Positions 1-9,860 of a stretch of DNA of 21,218 nt are shown piece by piece. The stretch's first letter is position 1, and every line of letters begins with the position of its first letter. The position numbers were made by a program, and so were the translations under genes. A model generated the notes under the pieces. It searched no databases. It was not told the DNA's origin and was given only the letters and a program-made list of their open reading frames with translations. This stretch comes from Cyanophora paradoxa CCMP329 (taxonomy: Eukaryota > Plantae > Glaucophyta), in NCBI GenBank assembly GCA_004431415.1, contig QPMI01000391.1, positions 1 through 21,218 of the forward strand, given 5' to 3'.

Positions 1-2555
1 GCAGCCGCTCCCGCGGCCACCGTGCCGCCGCCGAGGAGGAGGAGGAGGAGGAGGGGCGGCACCGGCACCGGCGCCACCGGCACCGGCACGCCGGGGGGGC
101 GAGTCCGGCGGGGAGGGGCGCGAGGGAGGAGGCGAGGGGCGGCACTCGCGGGCTCCCCGGGGCGGCGAGGGCGGGGAGCGGGAGGGGCGCGGCGCGGACC
201 GCCCCGAGCTCGCGAGGGCGGCGCGACGGCACAGCGAGAGCCGCCGCAGCGAGCCCGAGGGGGCCGGGCGGCGCGAGGCGGCCCGCCCGCGCCGCCGAGA
301 CTCCCGGGAGCGGGGCGAGCCGCGGGCCGGCCCGTCGCGCCCCGAAAGCCGCTCGCAGATGAGCGAGGGCCGCCGCAGCCGCCGGAGCGAGGCCAGCTCG
401 CACGCCGCGGCGGGCCGGGCGAGGCGGGAGGCCGGCAGCCCGGCGCGGAGCGGCGGAGCGGGCGGCGGGGCAGCGCGGCGCCCTCGGAGGGGGCCGCCTC
501 GGAGGCGGGCCGGGAGCTGAGGCGCCGACGCGGGAGCGACGCGAGCGTGGCGAGCCGGCGCAGCGCCCTCAGCCGGCACAGCACGACCAGCAGGCGCAGC
601 GGCGCGAGCAGGCGGAGCGGCGCGAGCAGGCGCAGCGGGCGCGAGCGAGAGGACAATTCCGAGCGCTCCGCCGCCCGGCACTCCTCGCGGCGGCCCTCGG
701 AGCAGCAGGCGGCCGGCACCGGCGACGCAAGGGATGCGGCGGCGGCGGCGGCGGCTGCGGCGCGGCGGCTGGAGGCGCGGCTGGCGGCGGCGCGGGCGCG
801 GGCGGAGGCGGAGGTGGAGGCGGAGCTCGCTGCCATCCGCTCCCGCAGCCGCCCCTCGAGCCGCCGCAGCGCCCAGGCCGACGAGGAGGAGGCGGAGGCG
901 GGGCGCGGCGCGGCGCGGCGGAGGCCGGGGGGGCGGGCCGAGGCGTACGAGGTCCGGCAGGAGGAGACCGTGGAGGAGGAGGAGGAGGAGGAGGAGCGGC
1001 CGCGGCGGCGGGTGCAGCGGCGCGGGCGCTCGCCCACGAAGCGCCGCGTCACCGGCGCCGCCGCCCCGCCGGCCGAGGCGGAGGGGGAGGCGGAGGGGCC
1101 GGCCCGCTGCGGCTGCGCGGCGGCGCCTGGCCGGACTCGTCGGAGGGGAGCGAGGGCTCGCCGGCCCCGCAGGCCCCGAGGGGCGGCGGGGGCGGAGGCG
1201 GCCCGCTTCTCGCCGGCGCCCCGCGCCGCAGCCTCCTCCCCCGAGAAGCACTCCCCGCGCCCCGAGGGTTCCCCTCCCCCTCCCCGGGCCCCGCCCCCTC
1301 CCACAAGCCCTCGCTGCCGGCTCTCCCGCGCCCGGCCCGCCCGAGCGCGGGCCCCGCGCCACCTCGGCCCCGCCGGGCCTCGCCACCGCCGCCCGGCTGG
1401 CCCTGGCGCCGGCCGCGGGGCACCGCCGGCGGCGGGGCGGGGCTCGCGCCGGGCGGCGCCGAAGGGCGGGGCGAGCCGCCGGGGCGGGGGTACAGCCCGG
1501 CGGCGTTCCGGGCGGCGCGGGCGACGGCGGCGCGGGACGAGGCGGCCGCCAAGTCCGCCAAGCTCGACGCGTGCGTGCCCCCGTCCCTCCCCAGCCCTCC
1601 TGGCCCCGCGCCCACCGGCGGCGCAGGCGGCGGCTGGCGCGGCTGCCGGAGTACCTGGGCGCGGCGTACGGGCGGGGCCGGGGGCGGGGACGGGCTCGCC
1701 GGGCCCCTCAGCCTCTCCGCCGTGGACGCCGTCCTCGCCGGCCCCCGCGCCGCCCCCGCCGCCGCCTCCCTGCCCTCCTCCTCCGCCTCGCCCCCGCCCC
1801 GGGGCGCCTCCCCCGGCCCCCCCGAGAGCGAGCGCTCCCCCGGGACGGCCAGCGCCAGCGGGGCGGAGGAGTCCCCGGGGTACGAGAGCGGGGAGGACCC
1901 CCCGCTGTGGCCCCGTCGCCCCTCCCACATCCCCCCCTACCTCGGCCCCGCCATCGGGGCCGCGCCCCGGGGCCGGAGCCCGATGCGGGGCCCGAGCCCC
2001 TTACGACGCTCCCCGCGGCGGGCGGGGGCGGCGGGGGCGGCGCTGGAGGCACACTTCCGCGAGGGGCACGGGCCGGGCTGCGCCGGGGACCTGGAGACCC
2101 TTAGCGGCATGTGCTGCGACTGCGGGGCCGGCCGCCTCGGCCGCTGGGCCCCCGTGCGCGCCCTCCTGCGCGCCCTCGTCGGCCGCTTCCCCTCCCACAG
2201 CACCTTCAACCAGTTCTTCCCCCGCCGCCTCCACCGCGCCTACCACGCCGGTGCCCCGCCCCACCCCCTCGACCCGCACCCCCCGGGCGCTGACGCGCGG
2301 CAGCGGGGTATGCGGCGGCGGGGGAGGCGCTGGCGCTGTTCGCGGACGTGCTGACGGGCCCGCCCCTCTTCCCCGCGGGGCCCCTCTACGGCGCCGACCC
2401 CGAGCCGCCCTCCGCCCCGCCCACCCCGGCCCCCGCCGCCCCGGCCCCGGCCCGCCCACGCCGGGCGGGCCCGGGGCCGGGGGGGAGGAGCGCCCTGTGC
2501 GGCAGGCCCTCGCGGCGCGCTTCGACGCCCCGCGGACGGCTTCACCGAGATCTGA
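1..2555 (+). CDS. 3' part of a multi-exon host gene of unknown function: low-complexity Ser/Arg/Glu/Pro-rich region followed by a short, more ordered C-terminal segment
   Basis: Protein-like stretches (ASVASRRSALSRHSTTSRRSGASRR; EAEVEAELAAIRSRS; LEAHFREGHGPGCAGDLETLSGMCCDC...FPSHSTFNQFFPRRLHRAYHA). A GT-AG intron at 2251-2303 with CTGAC branch site (2290-2294) continues the frame into GYAAAGEALALFADVLTGP. Possible stop TGA 2553-2555. Upstream exon structure not resolved. Confidence 0.45.
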
Positions 2556-3319
2556 TCCGAGCCGCCCGCCGCCCCCGCTCCCCTCCCGCCCCCTCCTCCT
2601 GCCAGCGCCTCTCCGAAGACTGCTGAACATTTCTTGCCAACGCGTCTCTGACGCAGCTGCCCCTAGGCCCGCTCGCCCTCCCTTGCAGTTGCTCCTGTTG
2701 CCCCTTCGCTCTTTGCAATTGCCCAAAATCCGTTCCCGCCAGTGCCCGCATCCAGTGCAGAATCTGCAAAATTCAATGAGTGAAAGGGACTCACTGGAAT
2801 TTTTTTTGCGCTCCTCGGGGGGGGCACAGGATGCAACGCGCGCTGCATGCCATGATGCTTTCATGTCATGATGTCCAAATTTCAACTTGGCAAGTTTCGC
2901 AATGATATCGATTGTTCGCGGTTTCGAGTTTAATGCTTTCAAGTTTAGATTGCCGAGTTTCGAGTTTCCGAAGTTCGCAGCCTAGCAGTTCAGTTTCAGT
3001 TTGCGAATGATAGTTCACTGAGTCACGGTGTCAAGTTTCAGTTTCAATGCTTTATAGATCTCGGGCACTTTGGCACCTTGGCACCGGGACACCGGGACAC
3101 TGTACATGTGGCAGATGAACTCTAAATGCCGCAGTGATGCACTGCAGCATGCATACTATGATATCCCATGATGATCCGTTTCTGGAGAATGCCACTCCGA
3201 GGCTCTAGATCTGTACATGTCATGATTAGCGACCCCTTCGAAGTTTTCTGGATCCTGAACAGATCTGTGACGTGATGTCTGGAATTCGAATCGTCTCAAA
3301 ATTAATGCGATTTAAAAAC

Positions 3320-6193
3320 CTATTCAAAACTCGCGGCAGGGGGCGGCGTGGGGGGACGGGGCGCGGAAGGCGGGTCTGGAGGTCGACCGGCGGGGCGGAG
3401 GGCGGGGTGCGGGGCGGCGGGGGCGCGCTCGACAAAGAGGAGGGCGGCCTGCGGGCCCCGCGTCAGCTCGCGAGGGGGCGGGCGCTCGCGATCGAGGAGG
3501 GCGGGGCGCGCCTCGAGGGTGGCGGCGTAGTAGCCGGCCTCGGAGAGGCGCTCGGCCTCGGAGGCGAAGGCGGTGAGGAGGGCGAGGGCGGCGTGCGGCT
3601 CGGCCAGCGCGCTGTGCAGCAGCGCGTACACGAAGAGCGGCAGGAAGGCGTCGGCGGGGAGCCACGCGGGGGCCCCCGCGGGGCCCTCGGCGCCGGCGGC
3701 GCGGCGGAGGGCGCGGGCGGCGGCCTCGAGGCGGGCGGCGGCGTCGCGGGGGCGAAGCAGAGGGCGAGGCCCTCGAGGGCGCGGGAGGCCTCGCGCAGGG
3801 CCGCCCCGCAGGGCGCCGGCCCCGCCCCGCCTCCAGCCCCAGCTCCGCCAGGCTCCAGCGCCGCAGCGCCCTTCGCCTCTCCCGGTACCTGCCTCGCACG
3901 CTCGAGACGAGGAGGGGGGAAGAGGCGGCAGGGGGTACCGGCGTCGGCGTCGGGGCGGCGGGTGGCCTCGCGGAGGGGACGGAGGAGGGCCCCGAAGAGG
4001 AGGCGCCCCGCCAGCGGCCCCAGCAGCGCCCCCGCCTCCGCCTCCGCCCCCCGCCCCCTCCTCCGCCCCGCCAGCGCCCGCGCCTCCCGCGCCGCCTCCG
4101 CCGCCAGCTCCTGCCGCGCGGCGGGGCGCGGTCGGCGGGAAGAGAGGTCGGGGCGGGCGAGGGGGCGGGGCCGGCGGACGTCGGCGATGCGGGCAGGTCG
4201 TCGAGGGCGCCTCGCCCCGCGCCAGCCGCTCCCGCGCCTCCGCCAGCGCCCGCCCTGCCCCGCTGAGCCTCCCGCGCCGGCCGCGGTGCTCGCGCGCACC
4301 CTGCGGCGTCCGCTCGTCCGCGTAGAGGCGGCGGAAGAGGCGCCCCGCGCGGTCCGCCCGCCGCGCCCCGCCCGGCCCCGCCGGCGGCCGACGGGGCGGA
4401 GGCGGCGGCGCGGGCCTCGGCGAGGAGCGCCCGCAGCGCCTCCGCGCGCTCGGCCGCCGACGGGGCCCCTCGAGCCCGAGCTCCAGCAGCGGCTCCGCCC
4501 TGCCCCGGCGCGCTCGCTCGCCCCGCGGGGCGGCGCCGGCGGGCGGGGGGCGCACGGGGGCTCGCGGGCGGGCGGGGGAGCGGAGGGCGCAGGCGGCGTC
4601 GAAGTCGGCGCCGTCGTCGTCGGAGGAGGAGGAGGAGGAGGGGGCGGGGAGGGCGCCCGCGGGCCGGCCACGAGCGGTACCCCGAGGCGGAGGAGGCGGA
4701 GGAGGGCGCGGGGTCCGCTGCGGGGCCCCGCGGAGGGGCGGCGACGCGCCCCGCCCCGCGAGGCGAGCGAAGAAGGAGGGCGCGGGCGCGGGTGCGGGGC
4801 CGGCGGGGCCGGCGGGGGCGCGGAGGGCTCGCGGGGGGCGGGGCGCGGGGGCCGGGGGCGGGCGGGCGAAGGAGGGCGGCGGCGGGCGGAGGTCGGCGAG
4901 GAGCGACTCGGCGTCGGCGAGCTCGGCGAGGAGCGTCAGCGACGCCCCGCCGCCTCCCGGCACGCCCCCGCCCGCCCCCGCCTCGAGGAAGCCCCGCCCG
5001 CGTACCACGCCGACGCCCCCGCCTCGCGCGGCAGCCCGGACCGCTCCAGGCCGACCTCCGCCGTGATCTGCGGGGGCGGGGTGAGGCGGGGGCCGGCTCG
5101 CCGGCGGCGGGCGGGGCGGGCCGGGGCGGACGGCCTCGTGGGCGAGGGCGAGGCGGCGGTCGACGCGGCGGGCCGCCTCGAGCAGCAGCGCCGTCGCCAG
5201 CTCGCAGCGCCGCAGCAGCAGCCCCGCGTACTCCCGCGCCAGCGGTAGGAGCGCGTCCTCGCAGGCGGCCCGGAGGCGGCGCACGGCGGCGGCGGCGGCG
5301 GCGCGGTGGGCGTCGTGGGCGTCGGCGGCGCGGTGGACGGCGGCCTGCAGGCGCGCCGCCGCCTTCAGCAGCCGCAGCTCGTGCTCCTCCAGCCGCCGCA
5401 CCGCCTCCCGTGCGGCGAGCCCCGCGCCAGCCCCCGCCCCGCCCCCGCCCCCGCCCCGCCGCCCAGCCACGCCCCTCCTCCTCGCCCGCCTCCCCGCCTG
5501 CGCGGCGGCCGCTGTCAGCCTCGGGCGTGGCGTGCGCGGGCGGGGAGCGGGGGGAGCGCGCCGGGGCGAGCGGGTGGGGCGCGTACGGGGCGGGGCGGCT
5601 CTCGAGCAGCTCCTCCAGGCTGCCGCCACGCCTCCCCGCGTCCAGGTCAAGCCGCCGCGGCGCGTAGCCCGGCCGCGGGCGCGCCCGCGACCGCCGGACG
5701 CGTGCGGCGCCTCGCGGCCGCGGGTCGCGGGCGCCGCCCGGGCACCCTCCTCGTCCTCCTCGTGCGCGTACCGCAGGGGCGACGTGGGGTCCAGCCCCCT
5801 GTCCGCCTCCCGCAGCGGCCCCTTGGGCGGCGACGTTCCGAACTCGTCGAAGCCGCTGAGCGGCTCTGGACCTTCCATGGCCAGAGGGTGGGACGGCGGC
5901 TCTGTCGTGCGCAGCTGGGCGTACGCGTGCGAGGGAGGCCCAAGCGCCTCGGAGAGGGACGCTCGGAACGCGCGCGCCGCCGATGGCGCCGGCGTCGGGT
6001 CATCGATTTCACCGCGAACTGCTGCGAGCAAGAGGGCGAGGCGCCTCTGCGCGCCGGTCGAGGCCGGCCCAGCGTGCTCGCACGCCTCCGCGAGCCCCAT
6101 GAAGAGCGCTTCGCAGGCGCGCGACAGGTCGAGCCGCCTCCGGCCGTGTGCGTGCCACGACGGCAGGCACATCGACGAGCTCGCCGCCATCAT
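3320..6193 (-). CDS. VPS9-domain protein (putative Rab5-family guanine nucleotide exchange factor), multi-exon; ends approximate
   Basis: C-terminal segment LPADAFLPLFVYALLHSALAEPHAALALLTAF...SEAGYYAATLEA/AALLFVE fits the VPS9 pattern (AD-x-LP..YxL; E-x-GYY..T.EAA). Helical N-terminal segments. Frame changes coincide with short GC-rich introns, e.g. GAG|gcgcgc...ccgcag|GCC near 3449-3512. Further 5' exons above 6193 are possible. Confidence 0.75.
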   Translation of the reverse strand: MMAASSSMCLPSWHAHGRRRLDLSRACEALFMGLAEACEHAGPASTGAQRRLALLLAAVRGEIDDPTPAPSAARAFRASLSEALGPPSHAYAQLRTTEPPSHPLAMEGPEPLSGFDEFGTSPPKGPLREADRGLDPTSPLRYAHEEDEEGARAAPATRGREAPHASGGRGRARGRATRRGGLTWTRGGVAAAWRSCSRAAPPRTRPTRSPRRAPPAPRPRTPRPRLTAAAAQAGRRARRRGVAGRRGGGGGGAGAGAGLAAREAVRRLEEHELRLLKAAARLQAAVHRAADAHDAHRAAAAAAVRRLRAACEDALLPLAREYAGLLLRRCELATALLLEAARRVDRRLALAHEAVRPGPPRPPPASRPPPHPAPADHGGGRPGAVRAAARGGGVGVVRGRGFLEAGAGGGVPGGGGASLTLLAELADAESLLADLRPPPPSFARPPPAPAPRPPRALRAPAGPAGPAPAPAPSFFARLAGRGASPPLRGAPQRTPRPPPPPPPRGTARGRPAGALPAPSSSSSSDDDGADFDAACALRSPARPRAPVRPPPAGAAPRGERARRGRAEPLLELGLEGPRRRPSARRRCGRSSPRPAPPPPPRRPPAGPGGARRADRAGRLFRRLYADERTPQGAREHRGRRGRLSGAGRALAEARERLARGEAPSTTCPHRRRPPAPPPRPPRPLFPPTAPRRAAGAGGGGGAGGAGAGGAEEGAGGGGGGGGAAGAAGGAPPLRGPPPSPPRGHPPPRRRRRYPLPPLPPSSSRACEAGTGRGEGRCGAGAWRSWGWRRGGAGALRGGPARGLPRPRGPRPLLRPRDAAARLEAAARALRRAAGAEGPAGAPAWLPADAFLPLFVYALLHSALAEPHAALALLTAFASEAERLSEAGYYAATLEARPALLDRERPPPRELTRGPQAALLFVERAPAAPHPALRPAGRPPDPPSAPRPPTPPPAASFE

Positions 6194-6764
6194 CTCATCC
6201 AGGAATCGACGAAGCTAAGTCATCCGAGCGAAGCAATACCTGCGAGCGAAGCAGGCGACTCCAGCGGATCAAGACACGCGTACCCCCGCGGCCGATCAAT
6301 TTCAGATCAAATTGCGCACGACGTCGACGCGTACAATTGCGCGTACACTGGCTTCAACTTTGTGCGGTCGACATTGCGACCGCACCGTGCCACCGGCGCG
6401 CGTGCGAAACTATAGCTATAGCTAGTCTCGAGCTCGCCGAGTCGTACGCGTACGCGTGTTGTGCATGCGCGCTGCGGCAGTCGCGTGTGCATGCTTGTAT
6501 ACGTATATATATATACGTACGCGTACGAGCGTCAAGAAAGCGAGCGTCAATTGCAAGAATTCGAAGCGCGTGCCTCTCCGGATCCGGCGCGTGCCCCTCT
6601 TGCCGCCGCCCAATTGCCTATGCTATGATAGGCCTCGAGCTCCGGACCGGATCCCGGAGTCCGGTCCGTGTCCACGGCGCGCGCCCGGCCCCGCGCACGC
6701 GTATATACGGGGCGTTCGCAATGATATCGATTCTGGAGCGCGATTAATTTATATCACTTCGAAT

Positions 6765-7119
6765 TTAGGCGCTTTCCTGGCCAAGGGACTGGTTCGTCGC
6801 GTCTCCGCGGGCTGTCTCCGCTTCAGCGACGGCCCGCGCGCCCTCCTCGCCCTTCGTGCCTGACGCGGCCTCGCCGCCGCCCTCGGAAATTCCCATCGTC
6901 TCCAGGCTGTCCGGGGCGCGCTGCGCGTGCGTCGGAAGAAATTCAGCAACTGGCAAGGCGAGCGCGTGCGCGCGCGAGAGAGAGATCTAGAGAGACATCT
7001 ACAGATTTCGCGCGGGGTCGCGCCTGTTCGTCGCTGAGGACTTCGTAGAGCGAGCCGCGAGGGGTCCCCTCCTTCACATCCTCCGCCCGCGTGCTCTTCT
7101 GCTGCCGCCGCGCGTCCAT
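6765..7119 (-). CDS. Possible small (83 aa) two-exon hypothetical protein
   Basis: ATG at 7119; exon 7119-7024 (MDARRQQKSTRAEDVKEGTPRGSLYEVLSDEQ); GC-AG intron 7023-6921; exon 6920-6765 (RAPDSLETMG...QESA-TAA). Both exons are phase 0. No recognisable domain. Confidence 0.35.
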
Positions 7120-7519
7120 CTTCTGCGCGCGAGGTCGATTAACGCGGAGTTTCCTTACGAGAGGGAGTAGCCGAGCGCCGGCAGCGGAGCAGGAGCACCG
7201 CCCAGAATTCGTCCCAGCTGCTCGCCGCGGCCGCCGTTGTTGTCCTCGCGCCGCTGTTCACGGTTCTGCTGTTTTGATGAGACAGAGAATTCGGAATAGA
7301 GAAGAATCGCCGCGAGAACGTCGATCGGAATATTAATTCGAAGGAAGTAACATCTACGTATAGAGAGCCGGCCCCGCGTGCATCGCCACTGCATGACAGA
7401 TCTAGATCCCCTCTAGATCTACTAGCTATATAGGCTAGAGGAGGGCAGCGAGTCGGGGGCTCGATCCGGGACTCCGGGGGAGCGGACCGGATCGAGGCCC
7501 CATGGCAGGCCCGCATGCA

Positions 7520-7584
7520 GCCCGAACTCGGAAGGCGATTAAATCGCCCTGAATTGAATACACGGAACAATCGCGCCTCGATAC
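7520..7584 (+). repeat. 65-bp direct repeat X, left copy
   Basis: GCCCGAACTCGGAAGGCGATTAAATCGCCCTGAATTGAATACACGGAACAATCGCGCCTCGATAC, identical to 13416-13480. Confidence 0.97.
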
Positions 7585-7745
7585 TCGAACCTATGTGAGC
7601 GTCAGCGTAGCATAGGGCAGTGTATGGCTGCCAAATAAAGGCAGCCTTGCTTACGCACATATGTACAAGGGGCGCACTTACAAGTTATAAGTGCGCCCCT
7701 GGGGTACAAGCCTCAGTCTTGCTTCGCAGCCAAGGCCTCTAAGCT
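7581..7745 (+). repeat. 165-bp direct repeat Y, copy 1 (interpreted as right end + AATAAA + left end junction)
   Basis: ATACTCGAACC...GGCCTCTAAGCT, identical to 9628-9792 (offset 2047). Confidence 0.97.
7668..7700. repeat. Perfect 13-7-13 inverted repeat in Y copy 1
   Basis: AGGGGCGCACTTA-CAAGTTA-TAAGTGCGCCCCT. Confidence 0.95.
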
Positions 7746-7751
7746 GAGGTC

Positions 7752-8838
7752 ATGGCTCGCTCGCGGAGGAGCCCATCGTGGGCCCCTCTGTTCGTAGTCG
7801 TCTTGACCATCATTCTGCTCGTCGCCTGTGCCGAGGCGGCGCAGAAACGCAAGTCAACGGCCACTGGTGCGCGCAAGTCGGCCAAACCCAAGACGGCGAC
7901 GACCCCGCGCCCCAGGCCCGGAGGTCGTCATCTCGTCTTCAAGCTCCGGCCAACGACAGTGCGGAGGAGGAGCAGCCTGCACCTCCGCCGACGCGATCTC
8001 GCAAAGGCAAGGAGAAAGCCGTGTCGCCGGATCCGGACCAGCAGCAGTCCGACCCAGAAGATGAACCTGAGGACGACGTTGCCGTTAGACTGGCACAGCG
8101 TGAGCAGTTCGGTGGCGCCTACGACGAGGAAGAGCAAGTGGCTGCGCGCAACTTTCCGAACTTGGCGCAAGTGGATCCGGGCGCGGCTGGCCCGTCAACC
8201 GGCTTCACCCGTCACCTTCAAGGCCCTTATGCTGTACCCGCTGGCAACTCGACTGCCCCAACGTCGACCAAACCGGCAGCGGGTGCGCTTCCGCCAGCGT
8301 GGGCTGAGCTACTTCAGCGTGGGATAGATAGCGCGGTCATCAAGCTTCAAGAGCAGCAGCAGCAGCAGCTCGGCGAGCAGCAGAAAGACAACCATGAGGC
8401 TATGCAGCTCAAAAACCCGTGGCTTCGTGAGCTTGCCCTGCAGCTATCGCAGCTTAAGTTTCAGCTCAAGAGATGCTCTTCGTGCACTGCGTGCTACGAT
8501 CACGTAAAGCAGAGCCTCAAAATCCTCGACGAGCTCCGGAAGCGGATCGACATTCGCGACAAGGGCGGCGACAAGCTTGCCGAGCGGCTGGCAGGTGTGC
8601 CAGAGGAGTATCGGGGCACGGCTGCGGCGCTGGCGCACGCGCTCAACATTGCTGGCCCGGAGGCCGCCGGCGGGCGCCCGTATGTGCAGCACGCCAACCC
8701 GCGGCCCCAGCACCAGGGCCGCGATCGCCCGCCGTCGCAGCGCAACAGCGGGATGTGTTTCCGCTGCAACAAGCCCGGGCATGTCGTGAAGGATTGCCCG
8801 AACGAGCCGCGCCCCGGCTGGCGCGACCCCCCAAGTAG
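7752..8838 (+). CDS. gag: Gag-like nucleic-acid-binding protein with CCHC zinc knuckle (reconstructed across two probable 1-nt deletions)
   Basis: CFRCNKPGHVVKDC (CX2CX4HX4C) and a Q-rich coiled-coil-like region in ORF 7778-8932. The only nearby ATG (7752) joins this frame if one A is restored at ~7890. Restoring one C at 8827-8832 gives WRDPPK-TAG (8836-8838); otherwise the ORF ends at 8932. Confidence 0.75.
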
Positions 8839-9570
8839 ACGTGCGCGCCCTTGTGTGGACGCGCAGTTTTCGTTTCGCATTTCGCTAGATACTAGTGTTT
8901 CGGTGTGTTCTTGCAAGCATAAGTATTGCTAGCATATGCAAGTGCAGTCTTCAGAAGATCTAGAGTGTGCGTGTATGCTTCCCTAAACATGCAATACATG
9001 TATTATGCTTCCATTTCATGTGATGGTGTACATGTGGCCGGGTGCGGCATTGTGGCCGGGTGCGGCATAGTCATTACCAGCCGTGGTGGCGCCGGCGTGC
9101 TGTGGCTTTATGCATTGGTCCTGTGTACATTTGCATGTGTTAACACTGTGAAGTGTGACTGTGATTGTAGTCTACTTTTCTTTTCAATGCTAGTGGCATA
9201 TATTGCCGTCTGGATGACTCCAACCTGGCAGAGCCCCAGCTGACTCCCGGCAACTGACCTGTTTCCAGCACAGGTCAGGAGTGCTGCTGGCTGTCGAGCT
9301 CCTGGCCCCCTCCGGCCTTCCCGTGTGTCGCTATCGCATACTGGGCGCTCTGAAATTAACCTAGTGCATTTTGCAGGTGAGGAGTACACAAGGGTACGAA
9401 GATTCCATGATGCCAACTGTTCCCGCTGATATCGCAGGTTGGCGCATTCATCCAGAAAGTCCATGCCTGTGCAAATGTGTTGTGGCACTGTGGGTGCATT
9501 GTGGCACTGTGTGTGCATGTGAGCTCAAGACTTGAACCAACAAGCACATTGACACGCTCACTCTTATATT

Positions 9571-9602
9571 CTTCATGACAAGACATGTTGTGCTTAGCTT
9601 GC
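9571..9602 (+). repeat. 32-bp direct repeat Z, copy 1 (3' subterminal, gag module)
   Basis: CTTCATGACAAGACATGTTGTGCTTAGCTTGC, identical to 13386-13417. Confidence 0.97.
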
Positions 9603-9603
9603 T

Positions 9604-9631
9604 GTAAGCAAGGCTGCCGTGGCAGCCATAC
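9604..9631 (+). other. Internal complementary region (ICR) of DIRS1 type
   Basis: 9604-9618 GTAAGCAAGGCTGCC is the reverse complement of 7640-7654 (and 9687-9701). 9620-9631 TGGCAGCCATAC is the reverse complement of 9669-9680 (and 7622-7633). Confidence 0.8.
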
Positions 9632-9792
9632 TCGAACCTATGTGAGCGTCAGCGTAGCATAGGGCAGTGTATGGCTGCCAAATAAAGGCAGCCTTGCTTA
9701 CGCACATATGTACAAGGGGCGCACTTACAAGTTATAAGTGCGCCCCTGGGGTACAAGCCTCAGTCTTGCTTCGCAGCCAAGGCCTCTAAGCT
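9628..9792 (+). repeat. 165-bp direct repeat Y, copy 2, between the gag and pol modules
   Basis: Identical to 7581-7745. Confidence 0.97.
9715..9747. repeat. Perfect 13-7-13 inverted repeat in Y copy 2
   Basis: Same sequence as 7668-7700. Confidence 0.95.
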
Positions 9793-9860
9793 TCTTCCCG
9801 TTCGCGTGTCACCATCTTCAAGCCAGCGGCTGCATGGACCATCAGCTGTAGCAGTGCTAG

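Noticed and set aside
22-6415. Very long overlapping R/G/P/A-rich ORFs on both strands (949, 957, 658 aa etc.)
   Set aside because: Stop codons are rare at this GC content; these are read-throughs across introns or shadow frames, not single-exon proteins.
7139-7660. Shared peptide [21 protein letters not shown] in two - strand ORFs
   Set aside because: Simply the translation of the duplicated X sequence; no sign of coding function.
8926-9243. Hydrophobic Cys/Val-rich ORF after gag as a possible env or membrane gene
   Set aside because: Non-ATG start, TG-rich low-complexity DNA and an 18-bp tandem repeat (9033-9068) account for the composition; no motif.
7581-9792. Y repeats as conventional LTRs of a Ty3/Ty1 element or TRIM
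   Set aside because: No TG...CA ends, no evident PBS/PPT, no 4-6-bp TSD, no DDE integrase or protease; the enzymes are DIRS-type.
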